Source: an uncultured delta proteobacterium (GTDB taxonomy: Bacteria; Desulfobacterota; RBG-13-43-22). Taken from it: a DNA stretch of 64,000 nucleotides. How positions within the stretch are numbered: position 1 is the first letter of the stretch; each line of letters begins with the position of its first letter. The stretch covers positions 96,001-160,000 of the forward strand of contig CAWJJC010000020.1 of assembly GCA_963843145.1 (NCBI GenBank). The letters are read 5' to 3'. Shown piece by piece: positions 10,565 through 20,387 of the stretch. Both the position numbers and the translations under genes were made by a program. The notes beneath the pieces were generated by a model. The model had not been told where the DNA came from. It did not search any database and saw only the letters and a program-made list of their open reading frames with translations.

Positions 10565-10996
10565 TTATTCTCCTTGTTCTCCTTTGGCCACCAGGCGAAG
10601 GCGGTCGGAAATAACGGAAGAAATCCGTTGCATCACCTTGAAACCGATGGAAGCCTCGGCGGTTACGATCTCTAGAAATTCCAGGGAGGGGACCACCAGA
10701 AACCGGCAGTCCTCCAGGCACCTCATGGAACCCAGGTAACGATAGGGGCTTACCAAGGCGGACCAGCCGGCCAGGGAACCCGGCTTATCCATCACGATTT
10801 CCCGGCCGTTGGGGAAGGTGAGGCTCACGGACCCTTTTTCCAGCAGATAAAACCGTTCCGCCGGTTCCCGGCTTAAGATAACCGTATCTCCTTTTTTAAA
10901 ATCTTCCAGGGTACAGACGACGGCGATCTTATCAAGCTCTTCATAGGTCAGGTCCTGAAATATCTCGGTATCTTTGAGACGATCGGAATTAACCAT
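10565..10996 (-). CDS. Stand-alone cyclic-nucleotide-binding (CAP_ED) protein
   Basis: [31 protein letters not shown] pattern; no HTH. Confidence 0.8.
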   Translation of the reverse strand: MVNSDRLKDTEIFQDLTYEELDKIAVVCTLEDFKKGDTVILSREPAERFYLLEKGSVSLTFPNGREIVMDKPGSLAGWSALVSPYRYLGSMRCLEDCRFLVVPSLEFLEIVTAEASIGFKVMQRISSVISDRLRLVAKGEQGE

Positions 10997-11218
10997 TCTT
11001 CCTCCTTCTAGATTTTTAAATTAAATAGGTTAAAGAAACCCTGTCTAACTATTACTTAAACCTGAAAGGTATTACAATAGCTATTTCCCTGTCAAGTGAA
11101 ATAGCTATAAATTAGTTATATTATAGTTGTATCTCCTCCCGGGGGAAAACAGGACGACCCCAACAAAATAACTTGCCCTAAATGCAAAAAAAAAGGTAAC
11201 TTAGGCCAACTTAATTCT

Positions 11219-13126
11219 ATGATTTCCGATAAACCAACCCCTAATTCCGAAACAGAAGACTCCCCCAAACCAGGATTACTGGTCCTGTCCCTGGGCGCCT
11301 TGGGCGTGGTCTACGGCGATATCGGCACCAGCCCCTTGTACGCCATCCGGGAATGTTTTCATGGGCAACATGCCATTGCCTTGAATTCGGGGAATATCCT
11401 GGGTGTCCTCTCCCTGGTCTTCTGGTCTCTGACGATGGTAGTCACTGTAAAATATGTGGGCTTTATTCTGAAAGCTGATAACCGGGGGGAGGGAGGGGTC
11501 TTCGCCCTGCTGGCGCTGCTGCTGCAGGCCAGGGATAAGATGTCGGCCCGGAGCTACGGCCTGGCCGTGCTGGCCGCCGTCTTCGGGGCAGCCCTGCTCT
11601 ATGGAGACGGCCTGATCACCCCGGCCATTTCGGTGCTTTCGGCCATCGAGGGGCTGGAGGTGGCCACCAAGGCCTCCAAACCCTTTATCATTCCCCTGAC
11701 CTGCATCGTCCTCTTTCTGCTCTTTCTGGTCCAACGCCGCGGGACGGGGGACATCGGCCGTTTCTTCGGTTTAATCATGATCGTCTGGTTCTTGACCCTG
11801 GGAACCCTGGGGCTTGTTGAAATCGTCCAGAGCCCGGGGGTGGTGTCCTCCTTAAACCCCTGGCTAGCCGTGGAATTCTTTCAGGCCAATCATCTGCACG
11901 GCATGGTGGTCTTGGGTTCAGTCGTGCTTTGCATTACCGGCGGGGAGGCCCTCTATGCCGATATGGGCCATTTCAGCCCCCGGGCCATCAAGATTTCCTG
12001 GCTGGGCCTGGCCTACCCGGCCCTGCTGCTCAATTATTTCGGTCAGGGCGCCCTGCTGCTTTCCCACCCGGAGGAATCCTTTCACCCCTTCTATGGCCTG
12101 GTCCCCAAGATGCTCCTCTACCCGGCCGTGATGCTTTCGACTGTCGCCACAATCATTGCCTCGCAGGCGATGATCTCGGGGGTCTTCTCCCTCTCTCAGC
12201 AGGCCGTCCAGCTCGGGTATCTGCCCCGGCTACGGGTCCTGCACACTTCGGCCGGGCATCGGGGCCAGATATACCTTCCCGGGGTCAACTGGGTCATGAT
12301 GGTCGGCTGCATCGGGCTGGTGCTGGCCTTCCAGGAGTCCACCAACCTGGCCGGTGCTTACGGCATTGCCGTGACCGCCACGATGGGCATTACCTCGATC
12401 ATTTACTACTTGGTCGTCACCCGGCTCTGGAATTGGCCGGTCTGGAAGGCCGGCCTGCTGGTCGGTTTGTTTCTATTCTTTGACGTCAGCTACCTGAGCG
12501 CCAACCTGCTGAAGCTTCTTGACGGCGGCTGGTTCACCATCGGGGTCGCCGTCCTGATCACCCTCAGCATGACCACCTGGCGGGAGGGCCGTAAGTCCTT
12601 AGCTGAAATGTTGACTCCCCGCCTGACCATGGATCTTTTTTTGAAGGACATCGAGCAAAAAAATCCCTACCGGATTCCCGGGACGGCCGTTTTCATGTCC
12701 GTGAATCCCAAAGGGGTTCCGGTGGCCCTGCTGCATCATTACAAGCACCATAAGGTGCTGTTTGAGCAGGTGATCCTGTTGTCCATCGTGACCCAGGACC
12801 AACCTCGCATCGATCCTAAGGAACGCCTGATGTTGGAAGAATTCGGCCAGGGGTTTTATCGAATCACCGCCCATTACGGGTTCATGGAAACCCCCCGGGT
12901 CCCGGAGATCATGGCCCTGGCCGGCAGACTGGGGGTTAAAACCCAAATGGCCGAGACCACTTTTTTCTTGGGGCGGGAATCCCTGTTTACTTCCGGAAAA
13001 TCCAGAATGGCCCATTGGCGCAAGGTCCTGTTTTCCATGATGTCCCGCAACGCCATGAATCCCACCAATTATTTTGAGATACCCCCGGGTCGAGTCATCG
13101 AGATCGGGGCACAAATTCAGCTCTAA
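11219..13126 (+). CDS. kup: KUP/HAK/KT potassium transporter
   Basis: GVVYGDIGTSPLY, GEGGVFAL, GGEALYADMGHF. Confidence 0.95.
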   Translation: MISDKPTPNSETEDSPKPGLLVLSLGALGVVYGDIGTSPLYAIRECFHGQHAIALNSGNILGVLSLVFWSLTMVVTVKYVGFILKADNRGEGGVFALLALLLQARDKMSARSYGLAVLAAVFGAALLYGDGLITPAISVLSAIEGLEVATKASKPFIIPLTCIVLFLLFLVQRRGTGDIGRFFGLIMIVWFLTLGTLGLVEIVQSPGVVSSLNPWLAVEFFQANHLHGMVVLGSVVLCITGGEALYADMGHFSPRAIKISWLGLAYPALLLNYFGQGALLLSHPEESFHPFYGLVPKMLLYPAVMLSTVATIIASQAMISGVFSLSQQAVQLGYLPRLRVLHTSAGHRGQIYLPGVNWVMMVGCIGLVLAFQESTNLAGAYGIAVTATMGITSIIYYLVVTRLWNWPVWKAGLLVGLFLFFDVSYLSANLLKLLDGGWFTIGVAVLITLSMTTWREGRKSLAEMLTPRLTMDLFLKDIEQKNPYRIPGTAVFMSVNPKGVPVALLHHYKHHKVLFEQVILLSIVTQDQPRIDPKERLMLEEFGQGFYRITAHYGFMETPRVPEIMALAGRLGVKTQMAETTFFLGRESLFTSGKSRMAHWRKVLFSMMSRNAMNPTNYFEIPPGRVIEIGAQIQL

Positions 13127-13170
13127 GGAAAAAGACCAAACCGACCGAATAGAAAAGCCGGGTACTATGA

Positions 13171-14574
13171 TTGATCGAGGGACGGGTGACGTTGTTCAGT
13201 TCTAATGCTCTCCGTAAAAAAATTCGCAAGCTGGAAGGTGGGACCATCTTTATTTTCAGCTACCTGCTGGCGATCGGCCTGGGCGGATTCCTGCTCTGGC
13301 TCCCCTTTTCCAGTCCCGGAAGAGAGATTTCCTTTCTGGACGCCTTGTTCACTTCGACGTCGGCCCTCTGCGTCACCGGGCTGACCGTGGTGGACACCGG
13401 GACCACCTACAGCCTAATGGGTCAGATCATCATCCTGATGTTGATCCAGGCCGGAGGATTGGGGATCACGACCTTCTCCGTCTGGCTGTTCCTCAGCCTG
13501 GGACGGGAGATCGGCTTTAAGAGCCGCCTGTTCATGCAGTCCTCTTTCAGCCCCCGTCCGACCGATGAACTGCGGGAATTGCTGCGGCTGATTTTTTTAT
13601 TTACCTTCCTGGTCGAGGCAGGAGGCGCCCTGATTTTGCTGGTTTATTGGGGGCATTATTTCCCCTTTCAGCGGGCCCTCTATTTATCGGTGTTCCACAG
13701 CGTTTCGGCTTTCTGCAACGCCGGGTTTTCCTTGTTCCCCGATAACCTGATAAAATTTCAAGGAAGCTTTACCGTCAGCCTGACCGTCGCCGGGCTGATC
13801 ATCCTGGGAGGGATCGGTTTTCCGGTGGCCTACGAGATCCTGGGAATCATGAAAAAGAAGAGGCAGGGAGTTCGGTTCAAACTCTCCCTGCACTCCCGGC
13901 TGGTTTTGCTGACCAGCCTGCTGCTGATCATCGGCGGAACGCTGGTCCTGTATGTTACCGAATACGATGATTCCCTGGCTTTTATTCCGATACACCGGGG
14001 GCTGCTGGTCGCTTTTTTTCAGTCCGTAACCGCCCGCACGGCCGGGTTCAATACCATTGATCTGGCGACTTTGACCAATCCCTCACTGCTGGTCCTCATC
14101 ATTCTAATGTTTATCGGTGCTTCGCCCGGGTCCTGTGGCGGAGGCATACGAACCACCACCTTCGCCCTTTTAGGAGGACTCTTGTGGAATCGGTTAAAGG
14201 GAAGAAGCCGAGTCCACCTTTTTCACCGGACCGTTCCGGAGGAAGTGGTGTCTCGGGCGGTGGCTTTGTTCGCCGTGGCCTGCGGGCTGGTTTTAACCTT
14301 GACCACGCTGATCCTGATGGTGGAAAGCGGAAACTTTCCTTATCCGGTGGCCAAAGGGGAATTGATGGAGGTACTGTTTGAGGTGGTATCCGCCTTCGGG
14401 ACGGTGGGCTTATCTCTTGGCCTGACCCCTCATCTCGAGTCGGCTAGCAAGGCGCTAATCATCATCACCATGTACCTGGGGAGGGTGGGCATACTCAGTT
14501 TAGGTTACTCCATTGCCAAAAGGGAGGAGCGCCATCCCGTTCTATACAGCGAGGAAGGCGTGATGACCGGGTAG
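13171..14574 (+). CDS. trkH: TrkH/KtrB potassium uptake membrane protein
   Basis: SALCVTGL, SAFCNAGF, TARTAGF and SAFGTVGLS pore motifs. Confidence 0.92.
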   Translation: MIEGRVTLFSSNALRKKIRKLEGGTIFIFSYLLAIGLGGFLLWLPFSSPGREISFLDALFTSTSALCVTGLTVVDTGTTYSLMGQIIILMLIQAGGLGITTFSVWLFLSLGREIGFKSRLFMQSSFSPRPTDELRELLRLIFLFTFLVEAGGALILLVYWGHYFPFQRALYLSVFHSVSAFCNAGFSLFPDNLIKFQGSFTVSLTVAGLIILGGIGFPVAYEILGIMKKKRQGVRFKLSLHSRLVLLTSLLLIIGGTLVLYVTEYDDSLAFIPIHRGLLVAFFQSVTARTAGFNTIDLATLTNPSLLVLIILMFIGASPGSCGGGIRTTTFALLGGLLWNRLKGRSRVHLFHRTVPEEVVSRAVALFAVACGLVLTLTTLILMVESGNFPYPVAKGELMEVLFEVVSAFGTVGLSLGLTPHLESASKALIIITMYLGRVGILSLGYSIAKREERHPVLYSEEGVMTG

Positions 14575-14583
14575 GGGGAATAC

Positions 14584-15243
14584 GTGAAACGATACATCGT
14601 CATTGGATTGGGAAATTTTGGCTTCTATGTGGCCAAGACGCTCTATGAGGACGGCCACGAGGTCCTGGCCATCGATCGCAACCGGGACCGGATTGCCCGC
14701 ATCCAGGATCTGGTCAGCGAGGCCATGATCCTCGATGCCATCCACCGGGAATCCCTCAAAGGATTGGGGGTCGCCGCGGCCGAGGCCGTAGTAGTGAGCA
14801 TGGGAGACGACATCAGCAACTCCATTTTGACCACCCTTTATTTGAAAGAGCTGGGGGCCCGGAAAATCGTGGTCAAGTGCCAGGATGAGGACCACGGACG
14901 GATCCTGGAAAAACTTGGGGCCAATGAGATCATCTTCCCCGAAAAGGCCATGGGCCTGAAGGTGGGCAAGGGGCTCTCCCGAGGGAATATCCTGGACTTC
15001 ATTCCTTTGTCTGAAGACTACACGATTATCGAGACCGCCGCGCCCAAAGAATTTTTGGGTAAATCGTTAAAGGAGTTAAAACTAAAAACCATCTACCAGG
15101 TCTACATCATCGCCGTCAATCAATTGATTCCCCCGGCCTTCATCCTCTCCCCCCCCGGAGATTTTGTCATCAAGGACTCGGATGGCCTGGTGCTGCTGGG
15201 AAGAGAAAAAGATATCCAGCGAATCAATGGCCTGGTCACCTAA
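14584..15243 (+). CDS. trkA: TrkA/KtrA RCK regulatory subunit
   Basis: IVIGLGNFG Rossmann motif plus TrkA-C domain. Confidence 0.92.
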   Translation: MKRYIVIGLGNFGFYVAKTLYEDGHEVLAIDRNRDRIARIQDLVSEAMILDAIHRESLKGLGVAAAEAVVVSMGDDISNSILTTLYLKELGARKIVVKCQDEDHGRILEKLGANEIIFPEKAMGLKVGKGLSRGNILDFIPLSEDYTIIETAAPKEFLGKSLKELKLKTIYQVYIIAVNQLIPPAFILSPPGDFVIKDSDGLVLLGREKDIQRINGLVT

Positions 15244-15272
15244 TTTGTATGCGAATAAAATCCAAACCCCCT

Positions 15273-15312
15273 GTCAAGGCGACCCCGGACTTGATCCGGG
15301 GGAAACAATCTC
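15273..15312. repeat. REP-like palindrome
   Basis: tgtcaaggcgaccccggacttgatccgggggaaacaatctc; same ccggac-tgatccgg core as 3773, 42390 and 46300. Confidence 0.55.
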
Positions 15313-15350
15313 CCGGTGGAACTTAGGAAAGGGTAGAGGTTTAATCGGCA

Positions 15351-15872
15351 GTGAAAATATTGGACATTGGCTGTGGGAATAGAAAGATGGCGGGGGCCGT
15401 GGGGATTGACCTCAGCCCGGATTGCCAAGCCGATATCATTCACGATCTGAATTGCTTTCCTTATCCTTTGCCAGCCAATGAATTTGATCGAATTTACTGT
15501 CTGGATGTACTGGAACACCTACAGGACGTTATCAGGACCATGGAGGAAATTCACCGCTTGGCCCGGAAAGGGGCCGGGGTATTCATTCGGGTCCCCCATT
15601 TTACCAGCACCCTGGCCTATGGGGATCCTACCCACCGGCATTTTTTTAATACCCAGTCCCTGGATTATTTTTGTGGCGGATTCAAGGAATATGATTTTTA
15701 TTCTAAGGTTGCCTTTAAAAAAAATAGGGTGCGCCTGAATTTCTGGAAAATCCATCGCCTCAGTGGGATCTCCCTTTTAGCCAATCGCTTTCCGCTCTAT
15801 TATGAAAAACTTTTTGCCTTTATTTTTCCGGCCATGAATATTGAATTTGAACTGGAAGTCATTAAAGAATGA
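15351..15872 (+). CDS. Class I SAM-dependent methyltransferase (type 11-like)
   Basis: ILDIGCG, DVLEHL, DPTH. Confidence 0.85.
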   Translation: MKILDIGCGNRKMAGAVGIDLSPDCQADIIHDLNCFPYPLPANEFDRIYCLDVLEHLQDVIRTMEEIHRLARKGAGVFIRVPHFTSTLAYGDPTHRHFFNTQSLDYFCGGFKEYDFYSKVAFKKNRVRLNFWKIHRLSGISLLANRFPLYYEKLFAFIFPAMNIEFELEVIKE

Positions 15873-16065
15873 TTTTTTGCCTAGCCGTCATCAGATAGCG
15901 ATCGAGATACATGAATTACGACTGGATATTCATACAGCCCGGTTCAATTCATCTGGCCATAAAACAACTTTTTAAATTAAATCAACAGGTTTAAAAGCGA
16001 CTGACGGCTGGCATGAGGATTGCTTCCCTACCTTCCATATCAATTCAGGGAAGGGAGACAGTGAT

Positions 16066-16863
16066 ATGAAACGGTTAGCTTTGTTGTTATTGGGGGTGCT
16101 TTTTATTTGGGGGTGCGCCGGGGAGCCGAAAATGCTGCCCATGCGGGATACCGGTCTGGATCCGGCCGGACCGGAAAAAGGGATGAAGACGGTTGAGTTC
16201 CCCAAGGGAACCTGGACCGGTACAGCCTCCACCGAACAGGCCGGCGTCCTGGCCGTGACATTTGTTAATTCCCACAATATGGCCATGCGGGAATTTGACC
16301 AGGTGAAGGATAACCAGGAAAAGATTAAGGGGTCCCTGCAAAACTTGAAGGAGGCCGCTCAGAGACTGGAGGAGTCCAACCAGAAGATCCTGGCCTCAGC
16401 CCAAAAGAATCAGGATTCGGCCGAGAAGAGCCTGATGCGCATCGAAAAGTTGTCGAAAGAGCAGGGGACCGGCGAAATTACCTTGTTCTACCCCACCGGG
16501 TCCGGAAAAATTGCCGAAGGGTCCCTGGAATACCGTCGACTGGTCGAATTTGTGGATTACCTCTCCCGAGAGAGCCGCGGCCGGAAGGTGCTGTTTGTCA
16601 ACATCGGCAGCGCCTCGACGACCGGCCATAAGAGAACAAATATGAAGCTGGCCAAAGCCCGTTCGGAATTTCCCCTTCAAGTCATCGATAAATATTTGGT
16701 CAATGTACCCCACGAGTATTATAAAGTCTATGGAGTGGGAGACCAATACAGCCCCAAAAAAGCAACCAGGAAAGAACACCTGCGCTACCAGCATAACCGG
16801 TTGATCGCCGTTTATGAAACAGATCAGGTGCCGGCAGTCCCGGAAGAACCGATGAAAAAATAA
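16066..16863 (+). CDS. Lipoprotein with coiled coil and putative OmpA-like C-terminal domain
   Basis: Lipobox IWGC; GSASTTG..NMKLAKARS resembles OmpA-C. Confidence 0.6.
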   Translation: MKRLALLLLGVLFIWGCAGEPKMLPMRDTGLDPAGPEKGMKTVEFPKGTWTGTASTEQAGVLAVTFVNSHNMAMREFDQVKDNQEKIKGSLQNLKEAAQRLEESNQKILASAQKNQDSAEKSLMRIEKLSKEQGTGEITLFYPTGSGKIAEGSLEYRRLVEFVDYLSRESRGRKVLFVNIGSASTTGHKRTNMKLAKARSEFPLQVIDKYLVNVPHEYYKVYGVGDQYSPKKATRKEHLRYQHNRLIAVYETDQVPAVPEEPMKK

Positions 16864-16891
16864 TTTTTACAAATCGTACGAATCCTATTAT

Positions 16892-16935
16892 AAAAAGGGG
16901 GGCGGTCTGGAAATAAACCGCCTCCTTTTCTTTTG
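16892..16935 (+). terminator. Intrinsic (possibly bidirectional) terminator
   Basis: aaaaagggggcggt-loop-accgcctcctttt. Confidence 0.7.
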
Positions 16936-16946
16936 GTTGTTTTTTT

Positions 16947-18038
16947 ATGACCAACCAGTCCCTTTTTCCTTCTAAAAAGTTAGTATCCTGGTTTAATAAA
17001 AATCAGCGGACGATGCCCTGGCGCAGCGACCGCCATCCCTATACCGTTTGGGTGTCGGAGATTATGCTCCAGCAGACCCGGGTAGACCAGGTGGAGCCCT
17101 ATTACCGGCGGTTCATGGCCTGGTTTCCCGATACTCGGGCACTGGCGCGGGCGCCGCTGGAGAAAGTGCTCAAGGCTTGGGAGGGGCTGGGATATTACAG
17201 CCGGGCCCGTCACCTGCACCGGAGCGCCCAAGAAATAGTCAACCAGCACGGCGGAATCTTCCCGGACCGCTACGCCGAACTGGTTGCGCTTCCCGGCATC
17301 GGACGCTCGACCGCCGGTGCCATCTTAAGCCTGGCCTTTGACCGGCCTTATCCGGTGTTGGACGGCAATATCAAAAGGGTCCTGATCCGTTTTTACCACA
17401 TCGGTCGGCCGGTGGGCGAGGCGGTCACGTTAAACGAATTGTGGCGGAGGGCCGAAGAGTTGCTACCTTCCCGGAAACCCGGGCGGTTCAATGAGGCCCT
17501 GATGGAACTGGGCGCCCTGGTCTGCCTGCCGAGGAACCCGGCTTGCGGTCACTGTCCTTTGCGGGAGGCCTGCCTGGCCCTTCTCCGCGGAGATCCTGAC
17601 AAACTGCCGGTTAAGGCTCCGCGTCGGAAAATTCCCCACTACCAGGTCACGGCGGCCGTGATCCGGAAAGGCAAAAAGATTTTGATCACCCGGCGGCCGG
17701 AAAAAGGGCTTCTGGGCGGGTTATGGGAATTCCCCGGGGGTAAGCAAAAACCGGGAGAATCCTTAGAAGAATGTCTGAAGCGGGAGATTGAGGAAGAGTT
17801 GGGAATTGAGATCTCGGTGGGCGAGTCGTTTATGCAGGTCAACCACGCCTACAGTCATTTCAAAATTACCCTGCACCCCTTTTTCTGCCGTCACCTGAAA
17901 GGCCGCATACAAAAAATTGGGGTTATGGACTACCGCTGGGTGACTTCGGCGGAGCTGAGCGAATATGCCTTTCCCCGAGCCGACCAGCGGGTGATCGCCT
18001 ACCTGGCGACGGGTGGAATGCAAACCAAAAGTAGTTAA
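16947..18038 (+). CDS. mutY: A/G-specific adenine glycosylase with C-terminal NUDIX domain
   Basis: WVSEIMLQQT, WEGLGYYSRAR, LPGIGRSTAGAI, CxxxxxxCxxCP, WEFPGGK. Confidence 0.95.
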   Translation: MTNQSLFPSKKLVSWFNKNQRTMPWRSDRHPYTVWVSEIMLQQTRVDQVEPYYRRFMAWFPDTRALARAPLEKVLKAWEGLGYYSRARHLHRSAQEIVNQHGGIFPDRYAELVALPGIGRSTAGAILSLAFDRPYPVLDGNIKRVLIRFYHIGRPVGEAVTLNELWRRAEELLPSRKPGRFNEALMELGALVCLPRNPACGHCPLREACLALLRGDPDKLPVKAPRRKIPHYQVTAAVIRKGKKILITRRPEKGLLGGLWEFPGGKQKPGESLEECLKREIEEELGIEISVGESFMQVNHAYSHFKITLHPFFCRHLKGRIQKIGVMDYRWVTSAELSEYAFPRADQRVIAYLATGGMQTKSS

Positions 18039-18063
18039 AAATAAGAATAAAATTTACACCCCC

Positions 18064-18288
18064 TCAGCCGGCGCGCAGGATCAAAGGGAGGTAGATCCTC
18101 AGCGGCACCTGGAGCGCCTACAACTCATAGCCCTGTACCCCGTCGTTGGCGGTAAAATACAGGGTTTGGCCGTTTACGAATAACTATTGCGGCCAACCAC
18201 CTCCGGTAGGATTGATGTCGCAGACCATGCTCGTGCCGGTTTCCGTGCTGTCGCTCTGCCACAACTCGCGGCCATGGAATCGATCGTC
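18064..18288 (-). pseudogene. ELWxxDGT-repeat protein fragment ending IYLPLILRAG
   Basis: DDRFHGRELWQSDSTETGTSMVCDINP..Q*LFVNGQTLYFTANDGVQGYEL*ALQVPLRIYLPLILRAG*. Confidence 0.7.
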
Positions 18289-18378
18289 GGTGGGGTGAGC
18301 GATCCCCTCAGCCATTAACCCGCGGTGGGCGATGAGGTTGGCCATCTAGCCCGACATGAACAAGCGCTTGCTGATCGG

Positions 18379-19479
18379 TCAATGCACCTCGGCCGGCAAG
18401 AACTTGAACGGTTCAGCCGGTTTGAATTGGCTCGCGGCATTTCCGGAATAAAAAGTTCCTCCGGTCAGCGTCAGCCTTAGGGCGGGTTTTCCCGCGGCCA
18501 GATCCAGGTCGGCCAGATCGACCCAGAACACATTCGGACTGCGCGCCGAATCGAAGTAGTAGCGCTTGTTTTTGTGGTCCGACACCGTGCGCCAAAGGGT
18601 CGAGGAAATATTGGGTTGACCGGGCGTCTTGATCCCTAAGGGCACCGACACATTCCGAATCACCGAGAAGACGCTCGCAATCGCCTCGGCCCTATTGGCC
18701 GTCTTGGGGATGGCGTTGATATAGAAGGAAGCGCGCGCGAATCGATCTGCCGATCGGTTGGTGCCGGGCAACATAACGAGCCCGCCGATCTGTTGCCAGT
18801 AGGCATTCAGCGCGAGCTGCTGATCGAACTTCGGAGAATTCGTCATGACCTGATATTGACGTCCATGATGAATCGTCAATTTTCCCTCGATATATTCCAG
18901 TATAGCCGAGTCACCGGTTGAATCCGACATCGACAGATGGACGCTGCCGGCATGACCGTCCGGCGATTTGACCGGAACTACGTAGAACGGCTCCTGACGA
19001 AGCGCGGCCACCGCCTCCGCGACCGTGGCGTAATTGTCGAGCACGTATTGCACCCAAACCGAGATGGACAAGGGGAGGCGTTGGTCATTAGCCGCGGGCT
19101 GAGGATATTCGGATTCCGCCAGGTACAAGAGGTTGGCCACCAGACCCTGATCATTCAGGCCATCGGCCGTGCCGGCCTCGAATACCGAGGTGATGACGCT
19201 GCCGTATTTCGACGTCCAGCGGATCGATCTGCTGCCCGCCGCCCCGTCGCGCTGCATGCCGCGAGGGAAGGCCCAGAGGTTCGATCCCATGTCCGACAAC
19301 CAGTCCATGCTACGGGCGGTGATGATGGTTCCTTCGGGCCCGAGATAAACCGCTCGAGTGCAGGTTTGAGCCTCTGGCATCAATGCGATCGTCAGGGCAA
19401 AAAAAATCATCGCGGCCCAGAGGGCCGGTTTCGTCCATTGTATTTTCATAATTCGTCCTCCGGCTTTGATGTAATTCAT
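18379..19479 (-). CDS. Linear amide C-N hydrolase (choloylglycine hydrolase / penicillin V acylase family)
   Basis: Signal peptide, then catalytic CTR; ARSMDW; VMTNSP; DRFARA. Confidence 0.9.
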   Translation of the reverse strand: MNYIKAGGRIMKIQWTKPALWAAMIFFALTIALMPEAQTCTRAVYLGPEGTIITARSMDWLSDMGSNLWAFPRGMQRDGAAGSRSIRWTSKYGSVITSVFEAGTADGLNDQGLVANLLYLAESEYPQPAANDQRLPLSISVWVQYVLDNYATVAEAVAALRQEPFYVVPVKSPDGHAGSVHLSMSDSTGDSAILEYIEGKLTIHHGRQYQVMTNSPKFDQQLALNAYWQQIGGLVMLPGTNRSADRFARASFYINAIPKTANRAEAIASVFSVIRNVSVPLGIKTPGQPNISSTLWRTVSDHKNKRYYFDSARSPNVFWVDLADLDLAAGKPALRLTLTGGTFYSGNAASQFKPAEPFKFLPAEVH

Positions 19480-20387
19480 CCTTGGTATTTAAGGAAAGTC
19501 CCCTGTTGATACTCTTCGAAGGCTATTTGTAATTCTTCATTGGTGTTCATGACTATGGGTCCATACCAGGCAACCGGTTCACCAATAGGCTTGCCGGAAA
19601 TCAGGAGGAATCTCACCTTATGCCCTTCGGTAGAGACCAAAATCTCGTCACCGTCAGCGAACAGAACAAGCGTCTCGTTGCTGACAAAGGGGTCGCGCTG
19701 AAGGTCAAAGTAGTTCCTTCCCACCACTTCGTAGCTAAAAGGATTTTTTTCCTTACAGAAATATCCCTGGCCTTCGATCAGGTAAGCGAAGACCGTATGG
19801 CCCCGTTTCGTGGGGTGCCGGAACTCTGAATGGGCCGGAACGGTAACGTCGATGAACTCGGGATCAATGACGATATCCAGTACCGGACCTTTAATGCCGG
19901 ATACTTCACCGGAAATGATCTTGATGGTCGCACCGTTGGGGAGTTTGACTTCGGGTATCTGTTCGCTCGTTACATCTCGATAGCGCGGGTCCATCATCTT
20001 GTCCCGGGAGGGCAGATTGGCCCAGAGTTGAAACCCGTACATTTTTCCGTTTCGATCGCCTTTTGGCATTTCCTGGTGGATGATCCCGCTGCCGGCAGTC
20101 ATCCACTGTACATCCCCCGAGCCGATAATCCCTTTGTTTCCAAGACTGTCACCGTGTTCGACGTCTCCCTCCAGAACATAGGTGATTGTTTCGATCCCGC
20201 GATGAGGATGCCAGGGGAAACCTCTCAGATAATGATCCGGATTATCAGAACGGAAATCGTCCAGAAGCAGAAAAGGATCGAACAGGGGCACCTCAGCGTT
20301 CCCCAGAGCCCTTTTCAGGTGAACACCGGCGCCTTCAATCGTTGGTTTGCTCTTTAGAACTTTACGGATTTGTCGAGTGGTAGGCAT
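19476..20387 (-). CDS. Pirin family protein
   Basis: DPFLLLD, HPHRGIETITY, QWMTAGSGIIHQE, GPIVMN. Confidence 0.93.
   Translation of the reverse strand: MPTTRQIRKVLKSKPTIEGAGVHLKRALGNAEVPLFDPFLLLDDFRSDNPDHYLRGFPWHPHRGIETITYVLEGDVEHGDSLGNKGIIGSGDVQWMTAGSGIIHQEMPKGDRNGKMYGFQLWANLPSRDKMMDPRYRDVTSEQIPEVKLPNGATIKIISGEVSGIKGPVLDIVIDPEFIDVTVPAHSEFRHPTKRGHTVFAYLIEGQGYFCKEKNPFSYEVVGRNYFDLQRDPFVSNETLVLFADGDEILVSTEGHKVRFLLISGKPIGEPVAWYGPIVMNTNEELQIAFEEYQQGTFLKYQG

Noticed and set aside
18064-18288. TAG read-through (pyrrolysine or recoding)
   Set aside because: The fragment has no start, one TAG replaces the conserved Trp of ELW (a single G>A change), and other genes here use TAG as a normal stop.
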